Assembly (NCBI GenBank): GCA_963169855.1
Contig: CAUJCN010000001.1
Span: 81,828-145,827 of the forward strand
DNA from: Patescibacteria group bacterium
GTDB taxonomy: Bacteria > Patescibacteriota > Dojkabacteria > J137
Length of the DNA stretch: 64,000 nt
Reading direction: 5' to 3'
Shown: piece by piece, positions 1 to 11,100 of the stretch
Position numbering within the stretch: position 1 is the stretch's first letter
How the letters are laid out: each line of letters opens with the position of its first letter
The notes under the pieces: generated by a model
Told to the model about the DNA's origin: nothing
The model's input: only the letters and a program-made list of their open reading frames with translations
The model's database searches: none
Position numbers and translations under genes: made by a program

Positions 1-3
1 TTT

Positions 4-312
4 ATGCAACAAGGAAAGGTAAAACACTATAATCTTGAAAAGGGTTATGGATTTATTAAAGCAGATGACGGAAAAGAAGTATTCTTCCACATCACTGGTT
101 TAGATAAAAGCTGGGGACAGACTGTACCTGATAAGGACATGACTGTTACTTTCGAAGTAGTAGACGGAGATAGAGGACCAAAAGCAATCAACGTTACTCT
201 AGCTGGAGCTACTGCTGATACAGAAGCTGTAGAAGGAGAAGAAGCAACTAATGTTGTTGATTTCCCTGTAACAGAGGATTCTGAAGACATGGATATGGAA
301 GAAGCTGCTTAA
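4..312 (+). CDS. csp: Cold-shock domain protein (CspA family) with acidic C-terminal tail
   Basis: N-terminal 'GKVKHYNLEKGYGFIKADDGKEVFFHITGL' matches the cold-shock domain RNP motifs. It is followed by a Glu/Asp-rich tail of about 35 aa. Confidence 0.85.
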   Translation: MQQGKVKHYNLEKGYGFIKADDGKEVFFHITGLDKSWGQTVPDKDMTVTFEVVDGDRGPKAINVTLAGATADTEAVEGEEATNVVDFPVTEDSEDMDMEEAA

Positions 313-334
313 TCGCAACTTTCAAATTGAAATT

Positions 335-362
335 AAAGAGGAGCGAAAGCTCCTCTTTTCTA
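335..362 (+). terminator. Rho-independent terminator after csp
   Basis: Inverted repeat aaagaggagc-gaaa-gctcctcttt followed by a T-rich tract, immediately after the csp stop. Confidence 0.5.
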
Positions 363-395
363 TGCTGATTAATTCGTGGTGAGCTGAGTCTAACC

Positions 396-1154
396 ATGAT
401 ATTATTAAGTATGATTCTATTTGTATTCGGAATAAGCATAGCAGTAAACATCTTTTTCTTCATTTTCGCAGCCAAATTTAAAACTGACAAAGTAACGGAC
501 TTATCTTACGGATTATCTTTTATAGCAGTAATCTTAGCGACACTTCTAGTTTCGGGGAATTTCACTTTAGTAAATATTGTAGTCAGTTCGATGATTTGCT
601 TATGGGCTATTAGACTTGCAGGTTTTTTGTTCATGAGAATAAATAAGATGAAGAGAGACAAGAGATTTGATGGTATCAGAGAAAATTTTTGGTCATTTTT
701 AAAATTTTGGGTTTTGCAGGCGTTAAGTGTAGGTATAATAATACTACCTGCAGTGTTGATAATTCCTAAAAACGAAAATAGTTTAACCGTGCTTTCCTTT
801 ATTGGACTTGGATTATGGATCTTTGGTTTAGTTTTAGAAGCCGTTGCTGATCAACAGAAATTCAATTTTAAAAACAAACCTGAAAACGAAGGTAGATTTA
901 TAACTACGGGTGTGTGGAAGTATTCACGTCATCCTAACTATCTAGGTGAAATAATGTGCTGGTGGGGAGTATTTATATTCTGCATTTCTTTTTTAAGTGG
1001 AGTAGAATTACTTTCAACAATAAGTCCTTTATACATAACCTTGCTTTTACTATTTGTAACTGGAATACCTACAATAGAAAATAAATATAGGGATAATGAT
1101 GAGTATAAAAGGTACGCTGAAAAAACGGGTGTCTTGTTACCAAAAATCTTATGA
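396..1154 (+). CDS. DUF1295/steroid-5α-reductase-like polytopic membrane protein (RHPxY motif; ICMT/PEMT-like fold)
   Basis: Multiple TM helices. C-terminal 'GVWKYSRHPNYLGEIMCWWG' matches the SRHPNY(L/F)GE signature of DUF1295 / membrane methyltransferase-like proteins. Confidence 0.5.
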   Translation: MILLSMILFVFGISIAVNIFFFIFAAKFKTDKVTDLSYGLSFIAVILATLLVSGNFTLVNIVVSSMICLWAIRLAGFLFMRINKMKRDKRFDGIRENFWSFLKFWVLQALSVGIIILPAVLIIPKNENSLTVLSFIGLGLWIFGLVLEAVADQQKFNFKNKPENEGRFITTGVWKYSRHPNYLGEIMCWWGVFIFCISFLSGVELLSTISPLYITLLLLFVTGIPTIENKYRDNDEYKRYAEKTGVLLPKIL

Positions 1155-2815
1155 TCAAGTGGATTATCATTTTAATCATTCTTTTTGCTTCAGTATTTAT
1201 CAATGGAACTCCATTTATATTTGGTGATGGTTATGGCTACTATCATACTGCTAAAACAATTTCTGATGAAGGGAGATTCGTAACGCAGACAAAACCCGAG
1301 TACTTTCCCTATACCGGCCACGCTGTAAACTTAGACGATAGAGGGAATTATTCAACTGACTACCCTTTTGGCAATACGATTTTTTGGCTCCCAGCTCTAA
1401 CAATTTCAAAAGTAATTAATACTCAAGATACATATTACACAGCTTTCAATGGGCATAGTTTGAATGATGGTCTAGCGATTTTAATAACTTCTACCATTGT
1501 TTTGTTCTTTACACTTGTTCTGACATTCAAAATTCTTAGAAAACTAGGATTCTCTAGTAGGAATTCATTTCTATCACTAACCCTTGTGTACATTTCGATG
1601 TATGCATTCTCTTATCTATATTATTATTCTAGTTACGCTCACATTAACGAATTGTTTTCATTCACTTTATTAATATACTTATTTCTAAAAACCGCCGAAG
1701 TTGGGTCTAGTCGGAATTTTATTCTTTTTGGATTCACTATAAGTTTACTAACTGTAACTCGACCTGTAGATATTGTTGCAGTCATCCCTTTTGCAATTTA
1801 CTTAATCTATAAACATAAATTCAAGGCTGTTCGGAATATTGTTATAGGTGGAATTCCTTTGGGAGTATTATTCCTTTACTACAATTACGTTTCTTTTGGA
1901 TCACCTTTCGCAATGGGTCATAATGCGGCTCAACTATCTTTAAGTAATTTCAATATTGTTCATTTTTTATTTTCTGATATTAGAGGTTTATTTATCTGGT
2001 CGCCACTTTTGATTCTTGGGATGATTAAACTTATTCACTTGGGATTCACAGACAAACAGTTAATTTACAGACTTGTATTAGTATCATTCTTACTATTACT
2101 TGGTATCTACAACTTCTGGCCAAATTGGTGGGGTGGAGACTCTTTAGGACAGCGTTTTGTAATAATTGCTGCACCAATATTTGCTTTGGTATTAGCTAAA
2201 TTATTCAGTGACTGGAGACCAAAAAAAATAGTTTTTTGGTTTACCATTACGATTTCCATATTGCTAACTAGTTTTTCTGCACTAGTTCAAATACTTTATA
2301 GAGTTACACCCGTTATGGAAATCAATTATGAAGGAGTCCAAGTTGGAGAATTCTTAATTCCTAAAGAAGAGCGATTTACTCCATTCGACATAATTCAGTA
2401 TCATTCTAGGGCTTTGAACGAAAACACTTCACTAACTGAATACGGGAAATTTTTAATGAATAGTTTTAATGGAGGAAGAAGCTTATTATTATTAACAATT
2501 GGACAAACGGATCCACTAGTTATTGCTATTGCCGAAGGTGATGATTTAAATATCAAACTTATTCCAAATACAAAAGGTAGTCTACCTTCTTTCATAACTA
2601 TTTGGTTTTCATACAAAGGAAGCACTTATTTACTAAATCAACATGAGTTTAGAACTCAGGAGATAAAAATTAACTGCGCTGAATCATGCAAGTCTGATCA
2701 AGCATCTATTCAAGAATTTGATAAAATGGAATTAGTTCCTGTCAACGAAGACTTCGGAATTGGAATACAAAGTACTTCAAGAGTAAATCTAATTAATCGA
2801 AAGTTGAAGATATGA
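1151..2815 (+). CDS. Polytopic membrane protein, candidate GT-C-fold glycosyltransferase (ArnT/PMT_2-like); paralogue of 3192..4526
   Basis: About 11 predicted TM helices followed by a soluble C-terminal domain of about 170 aa. Shares 'DG(Y/W)GYY' in the first loop and a 'W-W-G-x-x-x-G-x-R-(F/A)' motif with the 3192..4526 ORF. The start ATGA overlaps the upstream stop. Confidence 0.4.
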   Translation: MIKWIIILIILFASVFINGTPFIFGDGYGYYHTAKTISDEGRFVTQTKPEYFPYTGHAVNLDDRGNYSTDYPFGNTIFWLPALTISKVINTQDTYYTAFNGHSLNDGLAILITSTIVLFFTLVLTFKILRKLGFSSRNSFLSLTLVYISMYAFSYLYYYSSYAHINELFSFTLLIYLFLKTAEVGSSRNFILFGFTISLLTVTRPVDIVAVIPFAIYLIYKHKFKAVRNIVIGGIPLGVLFLYYNYVSFGSPFAMGHNAAQLSLSNFNIVHFLFSDIRGLFIWSPLLILGMIKLIHLGFTDKQLIYRLVLVSFLLLLGIYNFWPNWWGGDSLGQRFVIIAAPIFALVLAKLFSDWRPKKIVFWFTITISILLTSFSALVQILYRVTPVMEINYEGVQVGEFLIPKEERFTPFDIIQYHSRALNENTSLTEYGKFLMNSFNGGRSLLLLTIGQTDPLVIAIAEGDDLNIKLIPNTKGSLPSFITIWFSYKGSTYLLNQHEFRTQEIKINCAESCKSDQASIQEFDKMELVPVNEDFGIGIQSTSRVNLINRKLKI

Positions 2816-2822
2816 TAAATAA

Positions 2823-3185
2823 TTAAGTGATCGGAAAGATTTCTTTCTCAATCGATACTCGTTGTTCAACAATCATCTCCATTACCTCTATAACTCTTAC
2901 TCCTTTGGTTTCCGCATACTTTGAAATCTTTAGAAATAGAAGAGGGTAGTAATCTTTTAACATATCTAACTTGATCATTTCAGGATCTCTTCCCTTTGCT
3001 AAGTAAGCTATCCCAGAAAATTTTGTTATTAAGGTATAGTCCGCATTATCCAGTTCTTGCTGAGTACAATAAGGTCTCATAGCCGAATAGATATTCCCAT
3101 CATTCTCGAATTTTCTATTTGGATCGTTATCCACATGTGCTCCTCTCATCATGTGTTCGTGTGTAATTCCTGCTCTTGATTCCAT
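2823..3185 (-). CDS. Hypothetical protein (N-terminal 'HEHMMRGAHVD' vaguely resembling the metal-binding C-terminal motif of M15 peptidases)
   Basis: Intact 120-aa ORF within the minus-strand locus. The motif match is weak. Confidence 0.35.
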   Translation of the reverse strand: MESRAGITHEHMMRGAHVDNDPNRKFENDGNIYSAMRPYCTQQELDNADYTLITKFSGIAYLAKGRDPEMIKLDMLKDYYPLLFLKISKYAETKGVRVIEVMEMIVEQRVSIEKEIFPIT

Positions 3186-3191
3186 AATATT

Positions 3192-4526
3192 TTATCTAAC
3201 TGCTTCACAGCCTTGACCAGGAATTGCTCCTATACAAAGCTTCATAAATATTTTACCGTAGGCTTCTGCAGTCATTCCATCAGGGTTTAAAATTCCTCGC
3301 CAGTATTGTTGCATAGAATTCATGTTCAGTATGATTAAGAATGCAAACAATGCTCCGAAGAAATAAAGTACAAACTTCTTTTGATGCCTTAACCACTTGA
3401 TAAAGTATGCGAATGGCAGTGCAAAGAATATAATAAATTCTGTAAACGCTCTGTGACCAAAAGCAAATCCAAAAGACCAAGCCCACCAAGATGAAACTAT
3501 GTAAATTTGAAGAAGAATCATAGCAGGAATTAGGAATCGGAACTTATCTTTTTCCTTGAACATGAAGTAAATTCCTGGAACTGTTAATAAAAGCATTGGA
3601 GTCCATAGGAATAATCCTTTTCTAAAACTGAATAACACATTGAAGATTTCTGGATGGAAGAAGTCGAAGTATTCTCCTTGATAAGAAAATACTAACCAAT
3701 TTCCTGTTACTAGCTTCCAGTAGAGCATTTGAATAAAGAACACCAGAAATGCCGATAATCCCATTATTAAGAACTGTTTCCAGTATTCTTTGACTATTCT
3801 TCCCAAGCTAAAATTTTTGAATAGCTTATAGGCTATTATCAAGAATAAAAGTCCAACTATTATGTTTGTTTGCCTCACAGTTACAATCAAACCAAAAGTC
3901 AGTCCTAATCTTAAAAAGTAGAATAGACTTTTTTTGTCTAATGTAAAATCATCTATTAAATACAGCAGGTAAGCAAATGATGCGAAACTGAAAATATGGC
4001 TGAATGAAACATCGTAAGTAGAGTAGTGAATAATATTTGTTGTCAAGAAAATCAAACCTAGTGTTACGATAGTAACTTTTTCTGAAAACCTTTTACTCAA
4101 AAACTTCCAAAGAAAGTAGAATCCTACGAGACAAGCAACAATTCCACTTACGAGAACCATAAATTGGTACGGTCCTGCATATTGATCAAATCCACCACCA
4201 AAGAAAATACTGTTTGCTGCATTTGCAATCACATAGCCGGGAGTTTGTAACAATGCGACTCCAATCGGATATTTGTTCAAATAGTTTCCGTTTTCCTGAA
4301 GTAATAATCTACCGGCTGCTTCGTCTTCCCAAGGTTGTGGCAAATCTGCCATTTGGGATTCTCCAGAAATATCAGCATAATGAAAAATTGATGGGAGATA
4401 GGCATAGTAACCCCAGCCATCGGATGAAATTGCAGTCCAGTTAGAACCAAAAGCCTTTAGAAAAAAGGAACCTGAGATTAGAACTATTACGATAAAAATA
4501 AGTAGGTGTCTAAATCTAATTTTCAT
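3192..4526 (-). CDS. Polytopic membrane protein, candidate GT-C-fold glycosyltransferase (ArnT/PMT_2-like); paralogue of 1151..2815
   Basis: About 12 TM helices. Has 'SDGWGYYAY' in the first extracytoplasmic loop and 'WWAWSFGFAFGHRAF' near the C-terminus, both parallel to motifs in ORF 1151..2815. Confidence 0.4.
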   Translation of the reverse strand: MKIRFRHLLIFIVIVLISGSFFLKAFGSNWTAISSDGWGYYAYLPSIFHYADISGESQMADLPQPWEDEAAGRLLLQENGNYLNKYPIGVALLQTPGYVIANAANSIFFGGGFDQYAGPYQFMVLVSGIVACLVGFYFLWKFLSKRFSEKVTIVTLGLIFLTTNIIHYSTYDVSFSHIFSFASFAYLLYLIDDFTLDKKSLFYFLRLGLTFGLIVTVRQTNIIVGLLFLIIAYKLFKNFSLGRIVKEYWKQFLIMGLSAFLVFFIQMLYWKLVTGNWLVFSYQGEYFDFFHPEIFNVLFSFRKGLFLWTPMLLLTVPGIYFMFKEKDKFRFLIPAMILLQIYIVSSWWAWSFGFAFGHRAFTEFIIFFALPFAYFIKWLRHQKKFVLYFFGALFAFLIILNMNSMQQYWRGILNPDGMTAEAYGKIFMKLCIGAIPGQGCEAVR

Positions 4527-4558
4527 ACTAGGACAATAATTTTTTATTATAGCAGAAT

Positions 4559-5149
4559 TTAAACAAGTAAAACTCCCACCATGAATGCCAAACAGGCCGC
4601 GAGACCTCCTATTAAAACTGTTTCCAGAACTGATCTTAGTGGACTTGATTTTAGAATGAAAGATTTTAAGTAACCTAACATCGATAGTGCGAATACAACA
4701 AGAATTGCAGAAAAAATCGCTTTTACATCGTGTTGTAGAGCTGAAAGGAAGTATGGAAGTAGTGGAATAACCCCGAAAATTGTAAATGATGTAAACGTTG
4801 CAATACCAGAAAGCAAAGGAGTTTTCTTCCGTTGCTGGTTACCAACTGTTTTCAAAATCATTTCTACATCATCAGTCGAGAATTTCTTTGAAAGTTCTTT
4901 CTTAACGTCACTAACATCTTGCGTAGATAGTTCCAGTTCTGCTCTTTGAGAAAGGTAGTTTCCAATACCCATAGAAAATGCATCCGCCAACAGATTTGCC
5001 ATTCCAAATAGAAGCACAACTCCAATTCCAAGAGGGATTGCTTCTGGAGAAGAGTTAGCACCAACAAAGCCAGAAACTATCGCAAAGGTAGTTATAATGC
5101 CATCGTTGCCACCGTAAACAATTTCTGAAAGGAATGTTTTGAGTATCAT
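4559..5149 (-). CDS. VIT1/CCC1-family (Fe/Mn) membrane transporter
   Basis: '[21 protein letters not shown]' matches the GxNDG signature of the VIT family. Hydrophobic C-terminal TM segments are present. Confidence 0.65.
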   Translation of the reverse strand: MILKTFLSEIVYGGNDGIITTFAIVSGFVGANSSPEAIPLGIGVVLLFGMANLLADAFSMGIGNYLSQRAELELSTQDVSDVKKELSKKFSTDDVEMILKTVGNQQRKKTPLLSGIATFTSFTIFGVIPLLPYFLSALQHDVKAIFSAILVVFALSMLGYLKSFILKSSPLRSVLETVLIGGLAACLAFMVGVLLV

Positions 5150-5158
5150 TATTAGGTA

Positions 5159-8100
5159 TTATCGTCCAAGAGAAATCCAGTTAAACTCAACAGGAACTTC
5201 TAAAGCGGCATCTAGAATAATATCGAATGAAGTCTCTGTAATATTTCCAACATAGTAATCAACTCTTCGTCCAATCGGAGATGCTGTAACTACAGGTACA
5301 GTATTGAATGGAGTAGAGAATGTTACAGTCACAAATGTTAATCCGGTTTCAATTGTCGCTACACCTGCAGTATCTTCTGAAACATTTAATTTTCCAAGAA
5401 CTCTAACATTTCCAGAAGCAATCAAGTTTCCTACAGACAGATTACTCAAATCTATCGAAGCTGATCCACCCTGTAATAAAGAAACTGTTCCTTCAAGTGA
5501 AGCTAATCGTGTTTCAACATCAACTAATCGTGCCTCGTGAGTCTGGAATATTGTTAGTGAAGATTGAATGTTATTAATTGTTTGTTGTATTGAAACATTT
5601 GTATTTTGTAAATCTAGTATTGTCGATCTAATTCCTTGAAGATCTGTTGGAACAGCACTCAATGTATTTAAGCTTGCTTCAACAGCATCAACTCTACCTT
5701 CATTTTCGTTAACTTGAACTTCAACATTTTGTAATCGTCCTTCCTGAGTTTGAACAGCATCGGTCAAGATTGCAGACATTAATTCATAGTTAACTCCTTC
5801 AATTCTTCCATCTCTTGAGAATGCTAATCGTGGATCTACTACATTTACTTCTTCCGCAATAAATCCTAAGCTTCTTGAACCATCACTATTCTTTGTAAAT
5901 TGAACTGGTCTTAATCCCATTACTGTATCTAATCCATTGTTTAAATCAGAAATATTACTCTTATATCTTTCAGAAGAAACATTACAAACTCCCGCCTGAA
6001 CAACAATTACTCCTGAGGCATCTGTACAAACGTAACTTGTAGAAGCACCTCCGTTTGTAAGTTGACTTACATCCAATTCTCCATTTGCATTCAAAGACAT
6101 TCTAGCAACAAGGTTTGTAGTGAAATCGATACCGTTATTTACAGTTGTTCCAAGTGTGTAGTTACCACCTAAACCATCTGTCTGATTTCCATCTAACATC
6201 CAGAATGTAAATTCAGAGTCTGTCCAGTTTGCTGCTCCTCCAGCTCCTCCTGATAACAACACATCGCCGATGTTACCTGCGTTACCATTTGCTCTAAGCT
6301 CTCTTTCAAAGAACACATCTCCATTCCAAGTAACATAGAAAGCTGTGCTTCTGGTTAGATCATCTTCTCCGTTTCCAATAATAAATATTTGTTCATTGTC
6401 TGTAATCGCCTCAGTATAAGTTTGAGAAGCATTAGCACCATTTCTAATTGCGTAACTACCCATGATGGTCTGTACATACGTATCACTAACAAAACTACTT
6501 AAAGTTGTGTCCGTACCAGATCCGGTGATGTTACCAATACCGAATACTGTTGCTCCTGGTCCAGTACCTACATTCTGTAATCCCCAAACTGTGTTACCCA
6601 TGCCCGTCACTATATTTTGGCTACCCCACGCTGTAGAAAGAGTAGCAGATGGCGCAACTACATTTTCATCCCCGAATACAGTAGAATTTACACCAGAAGC
6701 GACATTTGACTCTCCCCATGTAGTTGAATTTTGTCCATCAGCAACATTTCCTAAACCAAATGCTGTTGCTTGTGAAGCGTTTGCCAAAGTGTTTGCTCCA
6801 AAAGCTGTTCCGTTTTCAAAAACAGCACCTGGATCAACATTTGTTTGATCTCCCCATGCCATACTATTCAGCCCTCTTGTTTGTGTTAGGTTACCAAATG
6901 CAGTATTATTTGAGCCAATTGCTTGAGCACCATTACCGAATGCTGTTGAATTTGTTCCTTGAGCCACTGTTTGGAAACCAAATGCAGTAGATTGTTCTGC
7001 CATAGATTGTGTTCCTCTTCCAAATGCTAATGAATTATCTCCACTTGCTGAAGTTTGATATCCGAAAGAAGTAGCTTGATCTGCTTCAGCTCTAGTGTCA
7101 AATCCAAATGCTGTTGCATTATCTACATTAGCTGTAAAGAATCCAGCAAGAGTACTTGTTCCCCATGCTGTTGATGCAAATGATTGAGAACCCACAGTAG
7201 TGAATCTACCAAATGCTGTAGAAGTATCTCCCAATGCCTCAGAAGTAAATCCAAATGCTGTTGAGTTTGTTCCTTGGGCCACTGAGTTTTCACCCCATGC
7301 TGTTGATTGGTCACCTTGCGATTGTGTTAGTAGACCAAATGCAGTAGAGTTTATTCCGTAAGCCTGTGATTGATTTCCAAATGCAGTTGCTTGATTTGCC
7401 TCCGCTTGAGTTTGATTTCCAAATGCCAAAGCGTTTGCAACATTCATAGTCATTACCCCAGCAGAAGTATCTGTACCAAAAGCCGTAGATGCTAATGAAT
7501 TTACTCCTACATTTGAAATTCTACCAAATGCTGTTGCATACTCTCCAAGAGCCTGTGTTGTAAATCCAAATGCTGTTGAGCCTATTCCTTGTGCCAGTGT
7601 ATCATCTCCAAATGCAGTCGAATTATCATTTAAAGCTTGGGTAGAAAATCCAAAGGCTGTTGAATTAAGTCCCTGTGCTGACGTTTGGTTTCCAAATGCT
7701 GTTGCCTGATCATCTTGTGCTTGAGTTTGGTTTCCAAATGCAAGTGCATTCTCTACACCCGGTGCCGAAGTTCCTGCTTCAGTAGCTGTACCAAATGCAG
7801 TTGAATTAGTTGAACCAAATCCAACTATCGAATTTTGTCCAAAAGCTGTTCCATTATCACCCAATGCTTGTGTCTGTGTTCCAAATGCTGTTGCTGAAAT
7901 TCCACTAGAAAGCGTGTCTTCTCCCCATGATGTTGATTGGTCTCCGTTAGCCACTGTTCCAAAACCGAATGCAATTGAATTTGTTGCTTGAGCCTGAGTT
8001 TGAGTTCCAAATGAAGTAGCTCCTGGACCTGAAGCAACGGTTGTATTTCCCCAAGCTGTGGCATTTATATCTTGAGCAAAGGAACCTGTACCCCAAGCAG

Positions 8101-11100
8101 TTGAATTCTGTCCTGTCGCTTCGTTTTGTTGACCCCAAGACATTGAACCGGTGCCAGAAGCAGTTGTATCTAGACCAAATGCCGTTGAATAATCTCCAAC
8201 ATTTGCATCACCCCACTGAAATCCGTTTGCAGTACCAGCTCTAAATGCGGATCTTCCAGGTGCCCAATACATTCTAGTTGTGGAACTGAATACTGCTGGG
8301 ACAGGATCTCCACTTAGATTACCTTCAAAAAGAACGTTTGTTGGATCTCCGTTAGAGATTATATGGAGTTTCTCTTGAGGATCTGCAACACCAATTCCAA
8401 AGTTTCCAATTCCTGACCAGCCAATGCTGTTTCCTGCAAGTGGAACTTCTGTATCAAATAGTAAACTTGCGTTTGTAGCTTCTGGGCTACCCACAGCTCC
8501 ACCTAATCTTATTCTGTCCGCAACTGGGTCTACTTGCAAACCATTGTCTGCTAATGCAGAGATTGTGCTGCCTGTTATGTCTATACCATCTCCACCTACT
8601 AGACTTCCTCCTCCAAAACAAGAGAACCACGCCCCGTTGTTTTCTGAACACTGAAATGTGTTTGAAAGAGTATCAAAATACATGGACCCTGCACCAAAAG
8701 GTGAAACTGCTGGTGCAAATCCACCGTACAAGGTCATCTTTGCGTCCCAGCCTACCGAGAATGCATTATTTCTTGCAAAGTCACTCGTTCCATTACCTAT
8801 TATAAATGCCTGATCGGATTGATCAAAGGCAAGTGAGTTACCTGAAACTGTATTAAAACGACCAATTGTGGTCTGAGCAAATCCTTGTGATTCAGTACTT
8901 TCTCCAAATGCAACGGCTCTCTCTCCCGATGCAGTAGCTCCATCACCCATTGCAATAGATACAGTTCCACCAGCAGTTACTTGCGAACCCATTGCGATAG
9001 AAGAGAAGCCATTTGCTGTAGCTCCGTTACCAAAGGCTGTTGCAAAGTTTGCATTTGCTTGCACAACATTACCATACGCAAATGAACTATCTCCCATTGC
9101 CTGTGAATTGTTACCTCCAACAAAAGAAGCAGTACCAGATGAAATATTTTGCAAACCGAATGCTACTGACATTGTTCCTGATGCTTGCGCATTTTGTCCA
9201 AATGCAAAAGCTTCTCTATCAGATGCTGTTGATGTAAATCCACCTGCAAATGAATTCTGACCAGATGCGATAGTTCCTTCACCTAAAGCTATAGCTCCAT
9301 CACCTTGTGCTGAAGTCCCTACTCCTAGAGAGGTTGCGTATGATCCAAATGCACTAGTTGTATTACCAAAAGAAGTAGATCCAATTCCTGTTGCATTATT
9401 ATTGTTTCCAAATGCAGTTGCATAGTCTGCAGATACATCGTTGGAGAAGCCCCAAACTCCAGCCGAGCTTGCATTAAAATTAATATTATTCATATTTCCA
9501 GCACCAAAGTTTGTAGAACCCTGAATGTTGTTTCCTGAACCTCCTACTAGCGAATAAAATGCTGGAACAGTATTACTAGATCCCGATACAAGGGAAGCCT
9601 GACCTGTAACTTGATTAGCTTGTCCAAAAACTGCAGAATCGTCTGCACCGAAAATTTGATGACTTTGTCCACCAGCTACTATTCTTGCTCCTGCTGCCAT
9701 TTGATTAAATCCAAAAATGGCGCCATCATTCACTCCAATATTATTGTTATTAGATCCACCTAGAATAGTATTTACCCCAAATGGCATTAAAGTATTAGAA
9801 GATCCAAATACAATTGAATTCTGTCCCCCATTAGTATTCGTATTTCCAGTTGTTATAGAATCTGTACCAGTAATTGAATTACCTTGACCAATTCCTAAAG
9901 ACCTGTTTGAGCCTGTCATTGTGTTACCTTGACCTGAAAGTATAGAGTTAACAGATGTTTGACTTTGGTTTAAATTACCACCGACTAAAGTGCTGTCGCT
10001 ACCCATATCAATATTGTTCGATGAACCGTAAACTATAGAAGAGATACTTCCTGTTATATTGTCTGTTCCTGCAGCCACAGAGAATGGTCCGTTGGCTTGT
10101 GTATTATTTCCAAAAGACGTTGCACCGAATGATGTTGCCTGCGTATTTTGACCAAATGCTAATGAGTTATTTCCAGAAGCAGTATTACCTTGTCCAAATG
10201 AGGTTGAGTATTCTCCTTGTGCAGTAGTATTTTGACCAAATGCAGTTGCTCCTGTACCTGAAGAAATATTATTGTTTCCGAAAGCAGTACCATAAGAATT
10301 AACAACCTCATTACTAAAGCCCCATGTCGCAGCGTTTTCAGATCCCATCATTATTTGGTTTTGTTGGCCGGCTGCAAAATGTTGCAATCCGCTCACCTGA
10401 TTCATCATTCCACCAACAAGACTAAAGTTGGAGAAGTTTTGATTGGCTTGACCACCTGTAATCGACCCTTGATTTTGGACTTGATTTCCTTGTCCAAAAA
10501 CTGCGACATCGTTCGAAAAGTTAACTTGATTAAATTGTCCTCCAACAACCACTCTTTGACCACTTACGGTTTGTGTAACTCCAAAAACTGCTGAGTTTTC
10601 TGCATCTACATTATTGTTTCCCTGGCCCCCAACTATAGAATTGTTGGTGGTTGGTACAGTTGTGTTGTTTTGACCAAAAACAATCCCCCTTTGGCCGGTA
10701 CTTGTATTAGCTTCTCCTATTGTAAATGAAGTGGCACCACTTACTGTGTTACCAACTCCTGCTACTATTGCTGCAGATGCTCCATTAAGGTTATTGCTTT
10801 GCCCAAACAGTGCTGAGTTAGAAGAGGCTCCTATTGCAACATTTGTATTACCTCCTGCAATTGTATTTTCACTAGACATGTCTACTGCACTACTTTGACC
10901 AAACGCTATTGAATTTGTTCCAAAAGCAAAAGTTCCATTTCCAGCAGCAATCGAATTCATACCATTTGCTTGTGTATTCTGGCCAAATGCAGTAGCACCT
11001 TGATTAGTTGCTTGAGTATTAAAGCCGAATGCCGCAGAGTTGATTCCACTAGCTGTCGTATTAACTCCAAAAGCTGAAGCACCCGCAGCAGTCGCTGAAG

